NCBI GenBank assembly: GCA_035329105.1 | Contig: DAOLHK010000002.1 | Location: 5,557 to 69,556, forward strand | DNA length: 64,000 nt | Direction: 5' to 3' | Origin: Candidatus Saccharimonadota bacterium | Lineage (GTDB): Bacteria > Patescibacteriota > Saccharimonadia > CAILAD01 > BJGX01 | Part shown: positions 38,041 through 49,072 of the stretch, piece after piece | Numbering within the stretch: position 1 is the first letter of the stretch | Layout: every line of letters starts with the position of its first letter | Notes under the pieces: generated by a model | Seen by the model: only the letters and a program-made list of their open reading frames with translations | Databases searched by the model: none | Told to the model about the DNA's origin: nothing | Program-made: the position numbers and the translations under genes

Positions 38041-39857
38041 TCTATTACAGCTTTTATACGCCTTACACCTGCCGAGCTAGACTCTTCTTTGGTTATCTTG
38101 AACTTTCCTATCTCGCCAGTGTGAGATACATGCGGTCCACCACATATCTCTTTGCTATAATATTCACCCTTCGGGTCTCCGACAGTATAGACCTTGACTA
38201 TCTCAGGGTATTTTTCGCCAAATGCTCCTAGGGCTCCTTGGGCAAATGCATCGTCTTTGGACTTTTCCATAAAACTTACTGGCATGTCCTTGGCAATCAC
38301 TTCATTGACTATCTTCTCGACTTGAGCAATCTGTTCGGGTGTCATCTTTTCACCGTGTGAAAAATCAAATCGCATACGTTCTGCAGTAATATTACTACCT
38401 CTTTGCATCACGTGATCACCTAGTACTTGGCGTAATGCCTTGTACATCAAGTGTGTTGCGGTGTGATAGCGAGTTGCTATTTCTGAGCTATCCGACAGAC
38501 CTCCCTTGAATTGTCCAGCAGTTGCGCTTCTGCTGCGTTGTTTTTGAGCCTCCATTGATTTGGTGAATTCAATTTCAATGTCTTTGGCAATTGGTATATC
38601 CTTGCGTCTGGCCTCTTCTATGCTGAGCTCTTTGGGAAATCCATAGGTATCATATAGAGTAAATGCATCTGACCCGGTTAGGTCTTTTTTGTCTCTTAAT
38701 AATTTTCCAAATTCTTTTAGGCCTCTTGTGAGGGTTTGACGGAAGATGTTTTCCTCTCTTCTTAATACTGTCATTATTTCTGAAGGGTTTTGTAGCTCAG
38801 GATACACATCTTCATATAGAGAGATTACTCTAGGGGCAATTCTTTCGAAGAGCCCTTGGTGTATACCTAGCACCAATGCTTCACGAATAGCTCTACGGGC
38901 CAATCTTCTCATCACATAGCCCTGGTCTTTGTTACTAGGCTCTACGCCATCCGCTGCCATGAATGTAATAGCTCTAGTATGGTCTGTGATGATTCTGACT
39001 GCACGCAAACTACTATCTGGATTGGATTCTTTGAATATTTCTTTGTGTGTTTCTAGGGCATATTGCTCAACTGATTCTTTGATCTGAGCAAGCACGTCCG
39101 TGTCATATACATTGTCTACTCCTTGCAAAACAGCTGCTATTCTCTCCATACCCATACCAGTATCGACATTCTTATTTTGCAATTCCGAGTAGCTACCGTC
39201 CTCTTGCTTTTGATATGCCATAAATACGTTGTTCCATATTTCTACAAAATCAGAACTTTCGGTATCGAACTTGGGGTCTTTTTCTTTGCCAAGATAGTAG
39301 AAAATCTCTGTATCTGGACCTGCTGGACCCGTAGCTACTCCACCTTGTTCCCACCAATTGTCTTCTCGACCCATAGCAAGAATGCGTTCGCCTTCTTTTG
39401 CATCTATGCCTACGCTCTTAAATTGTTCTCGCCAGAGCTCAATAGACTCTATATCTTTTGGAACTTCTCCATCTCCCTCATAGACAGTCACATATAACTT
39501 GTGAGGATCTATTGCTAGCCATTTATCACTCGTCAAGAATTCCCAGCTCCATGGGATAGATTCGGCTTTGAAGTAATCTCCAAGGCTCCAATTACCAAGC
39601 ATCTCAAAAAATGTTAGATGAGATCCATCACCTACTTCTTCAATGTCAGTGGTACGTACACACTTTTGCGAGTCTGCTAGACGCTTGCCCAAAGGATGTG
39701 GCTCACCCAACAGATAAGGTACCAATGGGTGCATACCTGCAGTAGTAAATAACACTGTAGGATCATGCTCTGGCACGACTGGTGCACTGGGTATGATAGC
39801 ATGATCTTTGGATTTGAAGAATTCCAGGAATTTAGAACGAATTTCTGATGTAGTCAT
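38037..39857 (-). CDS. alaS: Alanine--tRNA ligase (short form)
   Basis: DPT.LFT.AGM, FFEMLGN.S.GDYFK, DTGMG.ER, HTATH and CGGPH editing motifs, GVRRI.A. Confidence 0.95.
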   Translation of the reverse strand: MTTSEIRSKFLEFFKSKDHAIIPSAPVVPEHDPTVLFTTAGMHPLVPYLLGEPHPLGKRLADSQKCVRTTDIEEVGDGSHLTFFEMLGNWSLGDYFKAESIPWSWEFLTSDKWLAIDPHKLYVTVYEGDGEVPKDIESIELWREQFKSVGIDAKEGERILAMGREDNWWEQGGVATGPAGPDTEIFYYLGKEKDPKFDTESSDFVEIWNNVFMAYQKQEDGSYSELQNKNVDTGMGMERIAAVLQGVDNVYDTDVLAQIKESVEQYALETHKEIFKESNPDSSLRAVRIITDHTRAITFMAADGVEPSNKDQGYVMRRLARRAIREALVLGIHQGLFERIAPRVISLYEDVYPELQNPSEIMTVLRREENIFRQTLTRGLKEFGKLLRDKKDLTGSDAFTLYDTYGFPKELSIEEARRKDIPIAKDIEIEFTKSMEAQKQRSRSATAGQFKGGLSDSSEIATRYHTATHLMYKALRQVLGDHVMQRGSNITAERMRFDFSHGEKMTPEQIAQVEKIVNEVIAKDMPVSFMEKSKDDAFAQGALGAFGEKYPEIVKVYTVGDPKGEYYSKEICGGPHVSHTGEIGKFKITKEESSSAGVRRIKAVIE

Positions 39858-39912
39858 AGCAGAAATTATATCATTTTTCAGATAATGCTTCTAGCTAGAG
39901 GACTAATATGAG

Positions 39913-40509
39913 CTAGTTCGTAGGTGTAGTAGGATTTGTAGTTGTAGGAGTTGTGGTAGTGGTCGGTGTAGCTGATTGATACCAAGCGGTAGGTAAGCTA
40001 AACTTCTCACCCTCTACCTTTGTGATGGTTGATGCGGTAGTAAATACAAGAGCCCAAGTACCATTGACCTTCTTGAAAACATAAGTTTTTGAACTTCCTG
40101 GCACCGCAGTCGTACCGCTCTGACAACTTGCAACCAATCGTGCCGAATTAGTTTCGTCTGATACCTCTACCTGTTCTTTAGTAGTTCCTACTGTACCTAC
40201 AATAAGTGCAAGCCCCTTCTGGCTTTCACAATTTGCTTTTGCGATATTTAATACTACATTCTTGTCACTATTAGCGGCTTGCTGTTCTGCAATCCGAGCA
40301 TTTAAGGCATTGACATCAGCGCTGAGGCTACCCACCTTGGTAAGATATTGTTGTCTTTTGTAATAACCAAATCCACAAACAACCAAGAGGGCTATGATAG
40401 ATAGTATTGCCAATATCATCCATACTCTTGAGGATTTTGGAGGAGGTGGTGGCATGATATTGTCCGGAGCTTGATTGGTAATTGGCATTTGGGGGTCTTG
40501 TGGCTGCAT
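39913..40509 (-). CDS. Hypothetical single-pass membrane protein
   Basis: Pro-rich N-terminus, TM, coiled coil, Thr/Pro tail. Confidence 0.7.
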   Translation of the reverse strand: MQPQDPQMPITNQAPDNIMPPPPPKSSRVWMILAILSIIALLVVCGFGYYKRQQYLTKVGSLSADVNALNARIAEQQAANSDKNVVLNIAKANCESQKGLALIVGTVGTTKEQVEVSDETNSARLVASCQSGTTAVPGSSKTYVFKKVNGTWALVFTTASTITKVEGEKFSLPTAWYQSATPTTTTTPTTTNPTTPTN

Positions 40510-40577
40510 AATTTATTCCTATTATTAGTTATGCTTATAATGATACCCGAAGTATTGTCCAGATACAAATTGAAGAT

Positions 40578-40802
40578 TTATTGGCTCAAACTCAGCTTGC
40601 GATGATAGATAGATGTTCTAGATGTAAGTGCTTGATTAGAGACAGGCCTTTTAGTTAGTTTGTACAAATTATAATTGAAGTCTTTTTGCTGCAATACCAG
40701 TTTTGATTGTTTGACAATATGCCTAATGTCATAAGGATGACGTGTAGGGCTATATATGTATGCGCTTTGACTTGTGGTTTGATGCAAACTTCTAGTATTC
40801 AT
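40578..40802 (-). CDS. Small hypothetical protein (74 aa)
   Basis: ATG 6 nt after TG-TATAAT; fills an intergenic gap. Confidence 0.45.
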   Translation of the reverse strand: MNTRSLHQTTSQSAYIYSPTRHPYDIRHIVKQSKLVLQQKDFNYNLYKLTKRPVSNQALTSRTSIYHRKLSLSQ

Positions 40803-40829
40803 AGTCTAATTATACCAAACTTGTAAAGC

Positions 40830-41870
40830 TTACAGTTTAATAATTCCGCCGCCGACTACCATGTCTCCGTCATAAAACACTGCTGATTGACCAGGCGCGA
40901 TGGCTCTTTCTGGATTTTCCAGTTCCACTTTGCATTCATTATTGCTACTAGGGTTGATATATGCAGGTTTTAGTTCGCTACGATATCGTACACGAACCAT
41001 GTATTTGGTATTCTCCTTTGGCTCTATCCACCACTTACAATCAGTGATTGTGAATTCTTTCTTGCATAGCAAAGATGAATTTTCATCATTTGTTACTCGA
41101 ACGATATTTTTGTCTATATCGATTTGGTATACAAAATAAGGCTTGCCTCCACCGATTCCTAGGCCATGTCTTTGTCCAATTGTATAATAAAATGCCCCGT
41201 TGTGTTCAGAAAGTTCTTTGTTGTGTTCATCTACAATCTTTCCTTTCTGAGGTTTGATAAACTCACTCAAGAAGTCACGCATAGGAATATTACCCACGAA
41301 GCATAAGCCCTGTGAGTCCGGGCGATCGAAGTTGGGTAATTCAATCTTTTTGGCGATACTGCGTACTTTTTTCTTGTCCAAATCCGAAAGAGGAAAAATA
41401 ACTCTATCGATGACTTTAGGATCAATACGATAAAGAAAGTAGGTCTGATCTTTTGATTTATCAGTAGCTATAGCTAGATTACCAGAGACGATCTTGGCGT
41501 AATGCCCAGTAGCAATATAGTCTGCACCTTGATTGATGCATTTGTTATAAAAAACATCAAACTTGATCTTTTCATTACACATGATATCAGGATTGGGGGT
41601 TTGGCCTTTTTTGTAAGTATCTATCATATACTTTGCGACATGATCAAAGTATTCTTTTTCAAAATCAAATATATGAAGAGGTATTTGAAGATAGGCTGAT
41701 ACTATCCTCGCACTAGACAAATCTTCTTGCCAAGGGCAGGTGTGCCCACCGATGTCCTTACTCCAGTTCTTCATGTATACCCCTATGACATCATAGCCCT
41801 GCTCTTTGAGTAAGTATGCTGAGACAGCACTATCTACCCCTCCTGATAAACCTACATAGACCGTTTTCAT
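40830..41870 (-). CDS. mnmA: tRNA-specific 2-thiouridylase
   Basis: SGGVDS, TPNPD..CN..IKF, ATGHY, KDQTYFL, SQGLCF, PGQ.AV.Y. Confidence 0.96.
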   Translation of the reverse strand: MKTVYVGLSGGVDSAVSAYLLKEQGYDVIGVYMKNWSKDIGGHTCPWQEDLSSARIVSAYLQIPLHIFDFEKEYFDHVAKYMIDTYKKGQTPNPDIMCNEKIKFDVFYNKCINQGADYIATGHYAKIVSGNLAIATDKSKDQTYFLYRIDPKVIDRVIFPLSDLDKKKVRSIAKKIELPNFDRPDSQGLCFVGNIPMRDFLSEFIKPQKGKIVDEHNKELSEHNGAFYYTIGQRHGLGIGGGKPYFVYQIDIDKNIVRVTNDENSSLLCKKEFTITDCKWWIEPKENTKYMVRVRYRSELKPAYINPSSNNECKVELENPERAIAPGQSAVFYDGDMVVGGGIIKL

Positions 41871-42466
41871 TGATAGTTGCCTGTTACATATATATAAAGT
41901 AGTTTTTGTAATTCACTGATTGATATATTTCGTCCAAATTCAGTATTCCACCACTGAGCCTTACTCCATCTATTATCAAAAGAACTGACATTTTGTATCT
42001 GATAATCCTTGCCTAGTACTTTGGAGAAAGTTTCACTAGTACGTCTTTGATGGTAGGGACTTGTCACTAGTATGATGTTCTTGGCTCCAATCTCCTCAAG
42101 CAATCTTTTTGAGTTAGTAGCATTTTGAAAAGTGTTTTGAGAGTCCGAATCTATCAGTATAGTTCTCACTGGTACTCCTGCTTCGATGGCCTGATTACGC
42201 ATTGCTATCGCGTTACTTGGGCCGTCATCAAGAGCTGCTCCTGAGAAAATAATATTTTTTGCCAAACCTTCTTTATAAAGCTCTATGCCTTTTTCTGCCC
42301 GAGTTGTAGTCTGTCCACCACTTACAACTACTATTGCGTCAGCATTCTTTGGTTCAGATTGGGGGCTCAAGAAAAAACCCAATCCAAAAAATGCCACAGC
42401 GAATAAAGCAAGTGCTATGCCTAGTATGATTGATATCGTGATAAGAAAATTTTTAAATCCTTCCAT
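41867..42466 (-). CDS. YdcF/DUF218 family protein
   Basis: DAIVV.SGG, S.NT.QNA, LVTS.YH.RR. Confidence 0.85.
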   Translation of the reverse strand: MEGFKNFLITISIILGIALALFAVAFFGLGFFLSPQSEPKNADAIVVVSGGQTTTRAEKGIELYKEGLAKNIIFSGAALDDGPSNAIAMRNQAIEAGVPVRTILIDSDSQNTFQNATNSKRLLEEIGAKNIILVTSPYHQRRTSETFSKVLGKDYQIQNVSSFDNRWSKAQWWNTEFGRNISISELQKLLYIYVTGNYQ

Positions 42467-42467
42467 C

Positions 42468-43613
42468 TTATACCCTTAGCTTATTAACTGACTGTTGAAG
42501 CGCACCTACTAGTATATCTATATCTTCAATTGTAGTAGACCTACCAAATGATACTCTGATACTGCCTTGAGCCAAAGATTCTTCAACCCCCATTGCTAGT
42601 AATATCCTTGTAGGTTTTTCATTATTTGCCAGGCAGGCAGCTCCAGTTGATAACTCTATACCCATCGCGTCTAGATATGCCACTAAGTCTTCGCCATTGA
42701 CATTGTCGATTCCGATATTTGCAATATTATATATCCGTTCTTTTGGATGGCCAAATATACTGATATCAAGCTTTTCAGAAAGTCGATCCAAAAAGTAATG
42801 ATACAATTTCTGATAATGCTCTGCATCTCGGGCACGATTGCTATCAAGTATTTCTACAGCTTTGGCAAAACCCACAATAGAAGCTAAGTCCTGAGTACCA
42901 GCACGAATTCCAGATTCTTGTTTACCTCCATACAACATTGGCTCCAATTCTACCCCACGGCGGACATAGAGAAGTCCCGAAGCAGGTCCGTATATTTTTG
43001 ATGAACTCAATGTCATCAGATCTACTCCGAGTCGATCTACTGAGATATGAAGAGTGGAAAATGCCCCCGTTGCATCAATATGTAAAATAGGCTTCACAAT
43101 TCCTTGAGTTTTAATATCATCTATCACCTTTCGAATTTTAGAGATTTGCTGAATAGTTCCCGTTGTAGAATTGGCATATTGGATAGTGACTAGGATAGTA
43201 TCTGCCTTGATGAGTTTTTTGAAGTGCTCTAGATCGATACGTCCATATTTATCAACATTGCACCAATCGAGCTTGAATCCTTCTTTTTCTAAACGCACTA
43301 AAGGCTCATATACTGAAGGGTGTTCTGTGCCAAGAGATATTATTCTACCTGCTTGATATTTTCTTGATATACCAAATATTGCTAGATTATTTGATTCAGT
43401 TGAGCTACTAGTAAATACTATTTCATCCTTATTGCAATTGAGTGATATCGCAATCTGTTTTCTCGAATGCTCCAAGATTTTCTTGGCTTCTCTGGCGCTT
43501 GCATAACGTGCTGATGGATTCGAGAAGTAACTTCTATGATTATCAATTGCTTCAGCAACCTGCTGGTCCAGTGGTGTAGCTGCAGCATAATCAAAATACA
43601 ATCTTGTTTTCAT
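42468..43613 (-). CDS. Cysteine desulfurase (IscS/NifS family)
   Basis: YFDYAA.TP, TESNN, EH.SV, SSKIYGP, RAGT, STGAAC. Confidence 0.9.
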   Translation of the reverse strand: MKTRLYFDYAAATPLDQQVAEAIDNHRSYFSNPSARYASAREAKKILEHSRKQIAISLNCNKDEIVFTSSSTESNNLAIFGISRKYQAGRIISLGTEHPSVYEPLVRLEKEGFKLDWCNVDKYGRIDLEHFKKLIKADTILVTIQYANSTTGTIQQISKIRKVIDDIKTQGIVKPILHIDATGAFSTLHISVDRLGVDLMTLSSSKIYGPASGLLYVRRGVELEPMLYGGKQESGIRAGTQDLASIVGFAKAVEILDSNRARDAEHYQKLYHYFLDRLSEKLDISIFGHPKERIYNIANIGIDNVNGEDLVAYLDAMGIELSTGAACLANNEKPTRILLAMGVEESLAQGSIRVSFGRSTTIEDIDILVGALQQSVNKLRV

Positions 43614-44401
43614 ATTGCAAATAATTCCTTAGCATTTTGTGTAGTCACGCTAGATATATCATCAATATCACGATATGAAATAGTAGCTATAAATTTTGCA
43701 ATCTCATTTATATATCCAGGCTGATTGAGTTTACCTCGAAACGGCACAGGTGCAAGATACGGACAATCTGTCTCTAGCAACAACAGATTTTTAGGTATAG
43801 CCTGGAGTGCATCGAGTTGCTTCTGGTCTTTTGTAAAGGTCATTATGCCATTGATACCAAAGTATAGTCCGTTGCTAGAAGCAATTTCAACATGCTCTGG
43901 ATGACCAGTAAAGCTATGAATGACACCCTTGGTGCCAGGATGGTTTTTTAGTATTGCAAAGAAATCATCCCATGCATCACGTACATGAAATACGACCGGC
44001 AAATCAAGTTGTCGAGCAAGCTCAAGCTGAGATTCTAGTGTCTTGAATTGATCAGTTTTGGATGAATGATTTTTAAAATAATCAAGTCCACACTCTCCAA
44101 CAGCTTTGATAGATTTTTTATGTTTACTTACTGTTATTAATTCTTTCAATTTTTCTAATCCCCTGGTGTCACTATTGGCATCATGAGGATGAATACCAGC
44201 TGTAGTATATAATCTAATATCATTTGCAAGAGATAAAACTGTAGGATCATTTACAAATTCGAGTGCTTTTTGAGAATCTTCTTCATTGGTGCCTACCGTA
44301 ATTATTGACTCGACTCTGTTTGATGCTGCTGTTTCAAAAATCGATTCTAGTATATTGCTAAACTCATCAAAATGAATATGTGCATGAGTATCAATAATCA
44401 T
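43610..44401 (-). CDS. tatD: TatD family nuclease
   Basis: IDTHAH, GIHPH, GECGLDY, H.RDA, ETDCPYLAP. Confidence 0.92.
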   Translation of the reverse strand: MIIDTHAHIHFDEFSNILESIFETAASNRVESIITVGTNEEDSQKALEFVNDPTVLSLANDIRLYTTAGIHPHDANSDTRGLEKLKELITVSKHKKSIKAVGECGLDYFKNHSSKTDQFKTLESQLELARQLDLPVVFHVRDAWDDFFAILKNHPGTKGVIHSFTGHPEHVEIASSNGLYFGINGIMTFTKDQKQLDALQAIPKNLLLLETDCPYLAPVPFRGKLNQPGYINEIAKFIATISYRDIDDISSVTTQNAKELFAI

Positions 44402-44822
44402 CTAGATGATCCTCAAATATTTCTACAGGCACAGTAGAGTAATTGGTATATCTTACCCATACAGGGGTAATAGCTACAAAGCATGCACCAGGATCGTCCT
44501 TGTGTTGCGATAATATGGGGTGTTTTTGGTAATGGTTCTTAGAATATTCCCCTGCATCTTCAAGATTGACTAATCTAGCTGTACCTTCTATTTGTAAGGT
44601 AGTCAGATGCTCACCGCCCAAGCCTATCACAACAGATACATTTGGATTGAGTAAGATATTCTTTACTTTTCTAGAGTCTTTGTTGGTAGCAAATATTATC
44701 TCTAGTTTTTTATTTTCAGAAAATGCCACCAGGGCTGATTCTGGTTGACCTGCTCTATTTGCACTAGAAACCACAGCATATTTTTCAGACTTTATAAAAT
44801 CATATAATTTTTGATCTTTCAT
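44391..44822 (-). CDS. Pyridoxamine 5'-phosphate oxidase family FMN-binding protein
   Basis: SRK..NI..NP.VS, Q.EG.A; AAGGAG SD before ATG 44822. Confidence 0.75.
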   Translation of the reverse strand: MKDQKLYDFIKSEKYAVVSSANRAGQPESALVAFSENKKLEIIFATNKDSRKVKNILLNPNVSVVIGLGGEHLTTLQIEGTARLVNLEDAGEYSKNHYQKHPILSQHKDDPGACFVAITPVWVRYTNYSTVPVEIFEDHLDDY

Positions 44823-44835
44823 ATAATACTCCTTT

Positions 44836-46281
44836 TTAATCAATTCTTGGAAACAATACCTCTGAATTTTTAGATACAGTACCATTTTCAAATGTTGCGA
44901 GTATCTTGTCAGAGCTATCTACTAAGATAGGCTTGAGAGACTCTGCAAGCTTCACAATCTCACATGCTATAGAGCTGAGGACTTGCTTGGTCTTGACTTG
45001 GTCAGTTTTGTATAGCTCCCAGGGCTTGGTTTCTTCCAGTAGAGTGTTGAGCTCCTCGACTCTAGAGATAATAATAGTCAAGAACTTATCAAATTGGAGA
45101 TCCTCTATAAATGTATCGTAATCTTCTATATCGGATAATTTTATCTCGTCATATTTTGATGCGCAGTATTTGTCGAGCATCGTAGCTACTCTAGAGACTA
45201 GATTACCCAATTTGTTGCCAAGCTCTGTATTGTATACGACCTTGAGACGCTGTTCGCTAAAATCACCATCTGCGCCAAACGGAATTTCACGGAGTAAGAA
45301 ATAACGAATTGCATCGTTGCCGTATTTCTCTACCAGTCCTACCGGATCTATGGCATTACCAAGGCTCTTGCTGATTTTTTCACCATCGATGGTAAAGAAA
45401 CCATGAGCGAATACTTGTCTTGGTAGGTCCAACCCGGCACTCATAAGCATTGCCGGCCAGTAAATACAGTGAAACTTGATGATATCTTTACCGACAATGT
45501 GCACATCGGCTGGCCACCACTTATCGAATTGTGCTGTATCATAGCCTGCTGCTGTTACATAATTGAGCAGAGCATCAAACCACACATATGCCACCTGACT
45601 ATTATCAAAAGGCAATCTTATACCCCAATCTTGACTTTCTCTGCTTATACTAAAGTCTTCTAGACCTTTGTTTTTGATAAATGACAAAATCTCATTGCGC
45701 CTAGATTGTGGATGAATAAAATCAGGATTATTCTCAATATGATTTAAGAGCCGATCTTGGTATTTTGAAAGCTTAAAAAACCAATTATCTTCCTTGATGT
45801 GCTCCGGCTCTCTTTTGTGATCAGGGCATAGACCATCGACCAGATCTTCTGGCTTCATAAATGCTTCGTGTCCCACACAGTACAAGCCCTCATAGACACC
45901 TTTGTAAATGTCACCATTGTCATACACTTTTTGTAGTACATCCTGTACGGTGCGAACATGATCTTCATCGGTGGTGCGTATGAATCGGTCATAAGAAATG
46001 TGTAGCTTATCAAAAATTGTTTGCCATTTTTTGGCGGTCTTTGACGTATAGACATCTATGTCTTCGCTATTCTTACTCGCTGCCTCTACAGTTTTTTGGG
46101 AATTCTCATCTGTACCTGTTACGAACAATACGTTGTCTTTACCTATCTTTTCTCGATAATACCGTGCCAATACATCTGCGGCAATAGTGCTGTAAGCATG
46201 CCCTATATGCGGGATGTCATTGATGTAGTATATGGGTGTTGTGACATAGAATTTTTTATTCTGAGTATTGTTAGTGTTCAT
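44836..46281 (-). CDS. metG: Methionine--tRNA ligase
   Basis: TTPIYY.N..PHIGHAY, GTDE, YVWFDAL..Y, KISKSLGN. Confidence 0.96.
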   Translation of the reverse strand: MNTNNTQNKKFYVTTPIYYINDIPHIGHAYSTIAADVLARYYREKIGKDNVLFVTGTDENSQKTVEAASKNSEDIDVYTSKTAKKWQTIFDKLHISYDRFIRTTDEDHVRTVQDVLQKVYDNGDIYKGVYEGLYCVGHEAFMKPEDLVDGLCPDHKREPEHIKEDNWFFKLSKYQDRLLNHIENNPDFIHPQSRRNEILSFIKNKGLEDFSISRESQDWGIRLPFDNSQVAYVWFDALLNYVTAAGYDTAQFDKWWPADVHIVGKDIIKFHCIYWPAMLMSAGLDLPRQVFAHGFFTIDGEKISKSLGNAIDPVGLVEKYGNDAIRYFLLREIPFGADGDFSEQRLKVVYNTELGNKLGNLVSRVATMLDKYCASKYDEIKLSDIEDYDTFIEDLQFDKFLTIIISRVEELNTLLEETKPWELYKTDQVKTKQVLSSIACEIVKLAESLKPILVDSSDKILATFENGTVSKNSEVLFPRID

Positions 46282-48220
46282 TTTTTTTACTACCTGTCTT
46301 ATCCAGTGTGGGAATTGGTTTGGTATTCTTAGTCCTGGCTAATTTGTCTTTAGTAAGCTTGGATTTTATCACCAACATGATAAATATTCCAGCAAATATG
46401 GCGATAATCAACCACATCGGCCATAGTTGTGCACTGGACTTGGCACTTGCTATTATCATGTTGGCGTCACTATTTTGTGTAAAATCCACATTTACCATAC
46501 CCCAAGCCGTCGGTCCAAATACTATGGCTAGTCGACTACTCTTTTGCTTTGGCGCTAGAGATCCAATATTGAATTCATCTATCTTGGTACCCTGTCTTAC
46601 TCTTAGCATATAATTATCACCTGCCGTATTGGTTGGTGCAACAACGTCCAATTTATTGATAGCTACAAATGGAAGGAGCAACCATTTCTCTGCCTTCACG
46701 CTGCCGCTAGGCTGCAATACTGGAGGAATTGATTTGTACTCGATGGTAGTATTTTCGTATTGATAATTGATATCTTTGCCGTTTTGAGTGACCGCTACTG
46801 GACTATTGTCACTGACGCCCCATATGGCAAAAGCAAAATGATCTAGGTCTGAAGATCCAAAATTATTAAATTTCTCACCCCATGTAGGATCCATATTGAT
46901 CCATCCTACATTGGGTATGTATGCTTGCACCCATGAATGCAAAGAGTCTGTGACAGAGTTTGATTGCTTTAGACTACCCGAATACCCATATCCTACTGGC
47001 ATTCTGGCTGGAATACCTGCAGACCTTAGTAAGCTAATGGTAAGATCCGAGTATTCCAAACAAATTGCATTGTCTGGGTTTTGTATAGCCTTACTGCCAC
47101 CTTGTCTGATATTGTATTTTATTTTTTCATTGTTATAGCTGAGCTTGGATACTACATAGTCATTGATTGCTCTGACTTGTTCGGCAACGCTTGTTTTGCC
47201 GTTAGTTAGTTCTTTGGCTTTGGTGCTTATTTCAGGATCATTTGTAGGCCAATACTGTTGACTTCCAGTATATTTAGCCACCAATTCACGTGGTATCTGG
47301 TCTTTTGTCCCGCTTGCAGCTAGATTGTATTCTACATAACTCGCTACCGCTACTACATTGGTCTTAACAGTAATATTCGTCTTGGGAGCAACGCTATAAT
47401 CCGCCAAGATATTGCCATCAACATCCAATCTAGTTGAGGCTGGTTCTGGATCAAGTTTTGCAACTGTTACTTGTTGGCCAGAAGTATTTGGCGGCAATGT
47501 CACTGTAAAGGTAGCAGGAAGTGAAGAGGTGTTATTTAGCGGAAAATTAAAATTGACTTCATAAATAGTACTGTCGCCAAAAACAAGTGACGCAGTTTTT
47601 TCTAGACTCTTTTTATCTTTGAAGCGATATCCTGTCTCACCATTTTTAGTACCGAGCTTTTCCGGGGCCACTCCTGTTGTACGAAGAGTGCCAAAGTTTT
47701 CTGGTACAAACAAATCTACTGAGTATTGGTTGTCACCCTCTTGTGGTAAAGCAGGAACACTAACTGTATGTGCGCTACCTTTGGTCTCGACAAGATTTGC
47801 GGTGTCATAGGTGACTATAAATTGCCATCTAGAATTGCGACCTACTGTATTACGAGTAAACTGGATGTCTATCTCTATATAACTATATTCATAGCCTTGT
47901 TGGGACGATTTCTTGATAGATGTAGTAAAAGGGATGCTGGTACCATCTGCATATTCCACCGATATATTCTTGGCATCCTCAGCCGGCGTTGATATCTGAA
48001 TTTTATCTAGATATTTATCACTGGTGAAGTTTGATACAGTATAGCTGTCTTCAACTCTAGTGTTATTATCAGATGTGACTCGATAAACAGATGATACATT
48101 GTAGCTAAACTCACTAGACGCAAGAACGGATCTAGGCACTATTGTAATGACCGTAATCAGCACAATTAGCACTACAGACAGAAATCTTATATATCTATTC
48201 AATTTTAGTTTTGAAAACAT
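46271..48220 (-). CDS. Transglutaminase-like domain surface protein
   Basis: Signal/TM, C.EYS.L...LLR..GIPAR, HSW..., W...DPTW, C-terminal TM. Confidence 0.85.
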   Translation of the reverse strand: MFSKLKLNRYIRFLSVVLIVLITVITIVPRSVLASSEFSYNVSSVYRVTSDNNTRVEDSYTVSNFTSDKYLDKIQISTPAEDAKNISVEYADGTSIPFTTSIKKSSQQGYEYSYIEIDIQFTRNTVGRNSRWQFIVTYDTANLVETKGSAHTVSVPALPQEGDNQYSVDLFVPENFGTLRTTGVAPEKLGTKNGETGYRFKDKKSLEKTASLVFGDSTIYEVNFNFPLNNTSSLPATFTVTLPPNTSGQQVTVAKLDPEPASTRLDVDGNILADYSVAPKTNITVKTNVVAVASYVEYNLAASGTKDQIPRELVAKYTGSQQYWPTNDPEISTKAKELTNGKTSVAEQVRAINDYVVSKLSYNNEKIKYNIRQGGSKAIQNPDNAICLEYSDLTISLLRSAGIPARMPVGYGYSGSLKQSNSVTDSLHSWVQAYIPNVGWINMDPTWGEKFNNFGSSDLDHFAFAIWGVSDNSPVAVTQNGKDINYQYENTTIEYKSIPPVLQPSGSVKAEKWLLLPFVAINKLDVVAPTNTAGDNYMLRVRQGTKIDEFNIGSLAPKQKSSRLAIVFGPTAWGMVNVDFTQNSDANMIIASAKSSAQLWPMWLIIAIFAGIFIMLVIKSKLTKDKLARTKNTKPIPTLDKTGSKKNEH

Positions 48221-48225
48221 ACTAT

Positions 48226-49008
48226 TTATTTTAGCATAGGCTCTATCTGATGGTATAATCTCTGCCATTGCTCAAAATCTAGCTCTTGAGCACGCGAATT
48301 TTGAGATATTTGACACTTATTTAGTACATCGACTATAACTGATTGGTCGATAAGCAGAGCAGAAGATAGGCTATTCTTGAGCATCTTTCGCTTATTGCCA
48401 AATCCTGCCTTCACTATCCGAAACAATATCTTATTATCAGCATCAAATCTTGGCTTATCTCGTATGATGAATTTAATAATGCTCGAATCCACATTGGGTA
48501 CAGGCTCAAATAATTCTCTTGATACATCTGCTATAATTTCTGGGTCAGCATAGTATTGTACTGAAAAAGCCAATATCGACATGCGCCCAGGAACAGCAAC
48601 TATCCTTTGAGCTACTTCTTTTTGTACTAGTAGCACCATAGACTGAGGCTTGTTAGTAGATTCCAACAACATTCTTACGAGTGCACTGGTCAGATAGTAT
48701 GGGATATTCGCTACTACCTTGTAGCTCTTGTCTATATTATTTAGGTTGAATCTCAGGATATCTTCATTGATTATCCGGATGTTTTTTGCATCTATATACT
48801 TTTGCCGTAGTGGGAATATCAGATCTTTATCAGACTCTACAGCGATTACTCGAGCTCCCGTAGATAGTAGCTTATCAGTCAGATAGCCAAGCCCTGGACC
48901 TATCTCAAGCACCGCATCCGACTCGGCAATATTTGCAGATTCAATGATAGTATCCAGTGTATGCTCATCTTTGAGCCAGTTTTGACCAAATGATTTCTTT
49001 GCTTTCAT
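48226..49008 (-). CDS. rsmA: 16S rRNA dimethyladenosine transferase
   Basis: K.FGQN.L, LEIGPG.G.LT, VANIPYY, QKEVA.R. Confidence 0.95.
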   Translation of the reverse strand: MKAKKSFGQNWLKDEHTLDTIIESANIAESDAVLEIGPGLGYLTDKLLSTGARVIAVESDKDLIFPLRQKYIDAKNIRIINEDILRFNLNNIDKSYKVVANIPYYLTSALVRMLLESTNKPQSMVLLVQKEVAQRIVAVPGRMSILAFSVQYYADPEIIADVSRELFEPVPNVDSSIIKFIIRDKPRFDADNKILFRIVKAGFGNKRKMLKNSLSSALLIDQSVIVDVLNKCQISQNSRAQELDFEQWQRLYHQIEPMLK

Positions 49009-49072
49009 ACAGTAAGTATCTGGTATCTTGCGCCTTGAAGCAAGCTTCAATATTAATTACACAGATTGAAAA

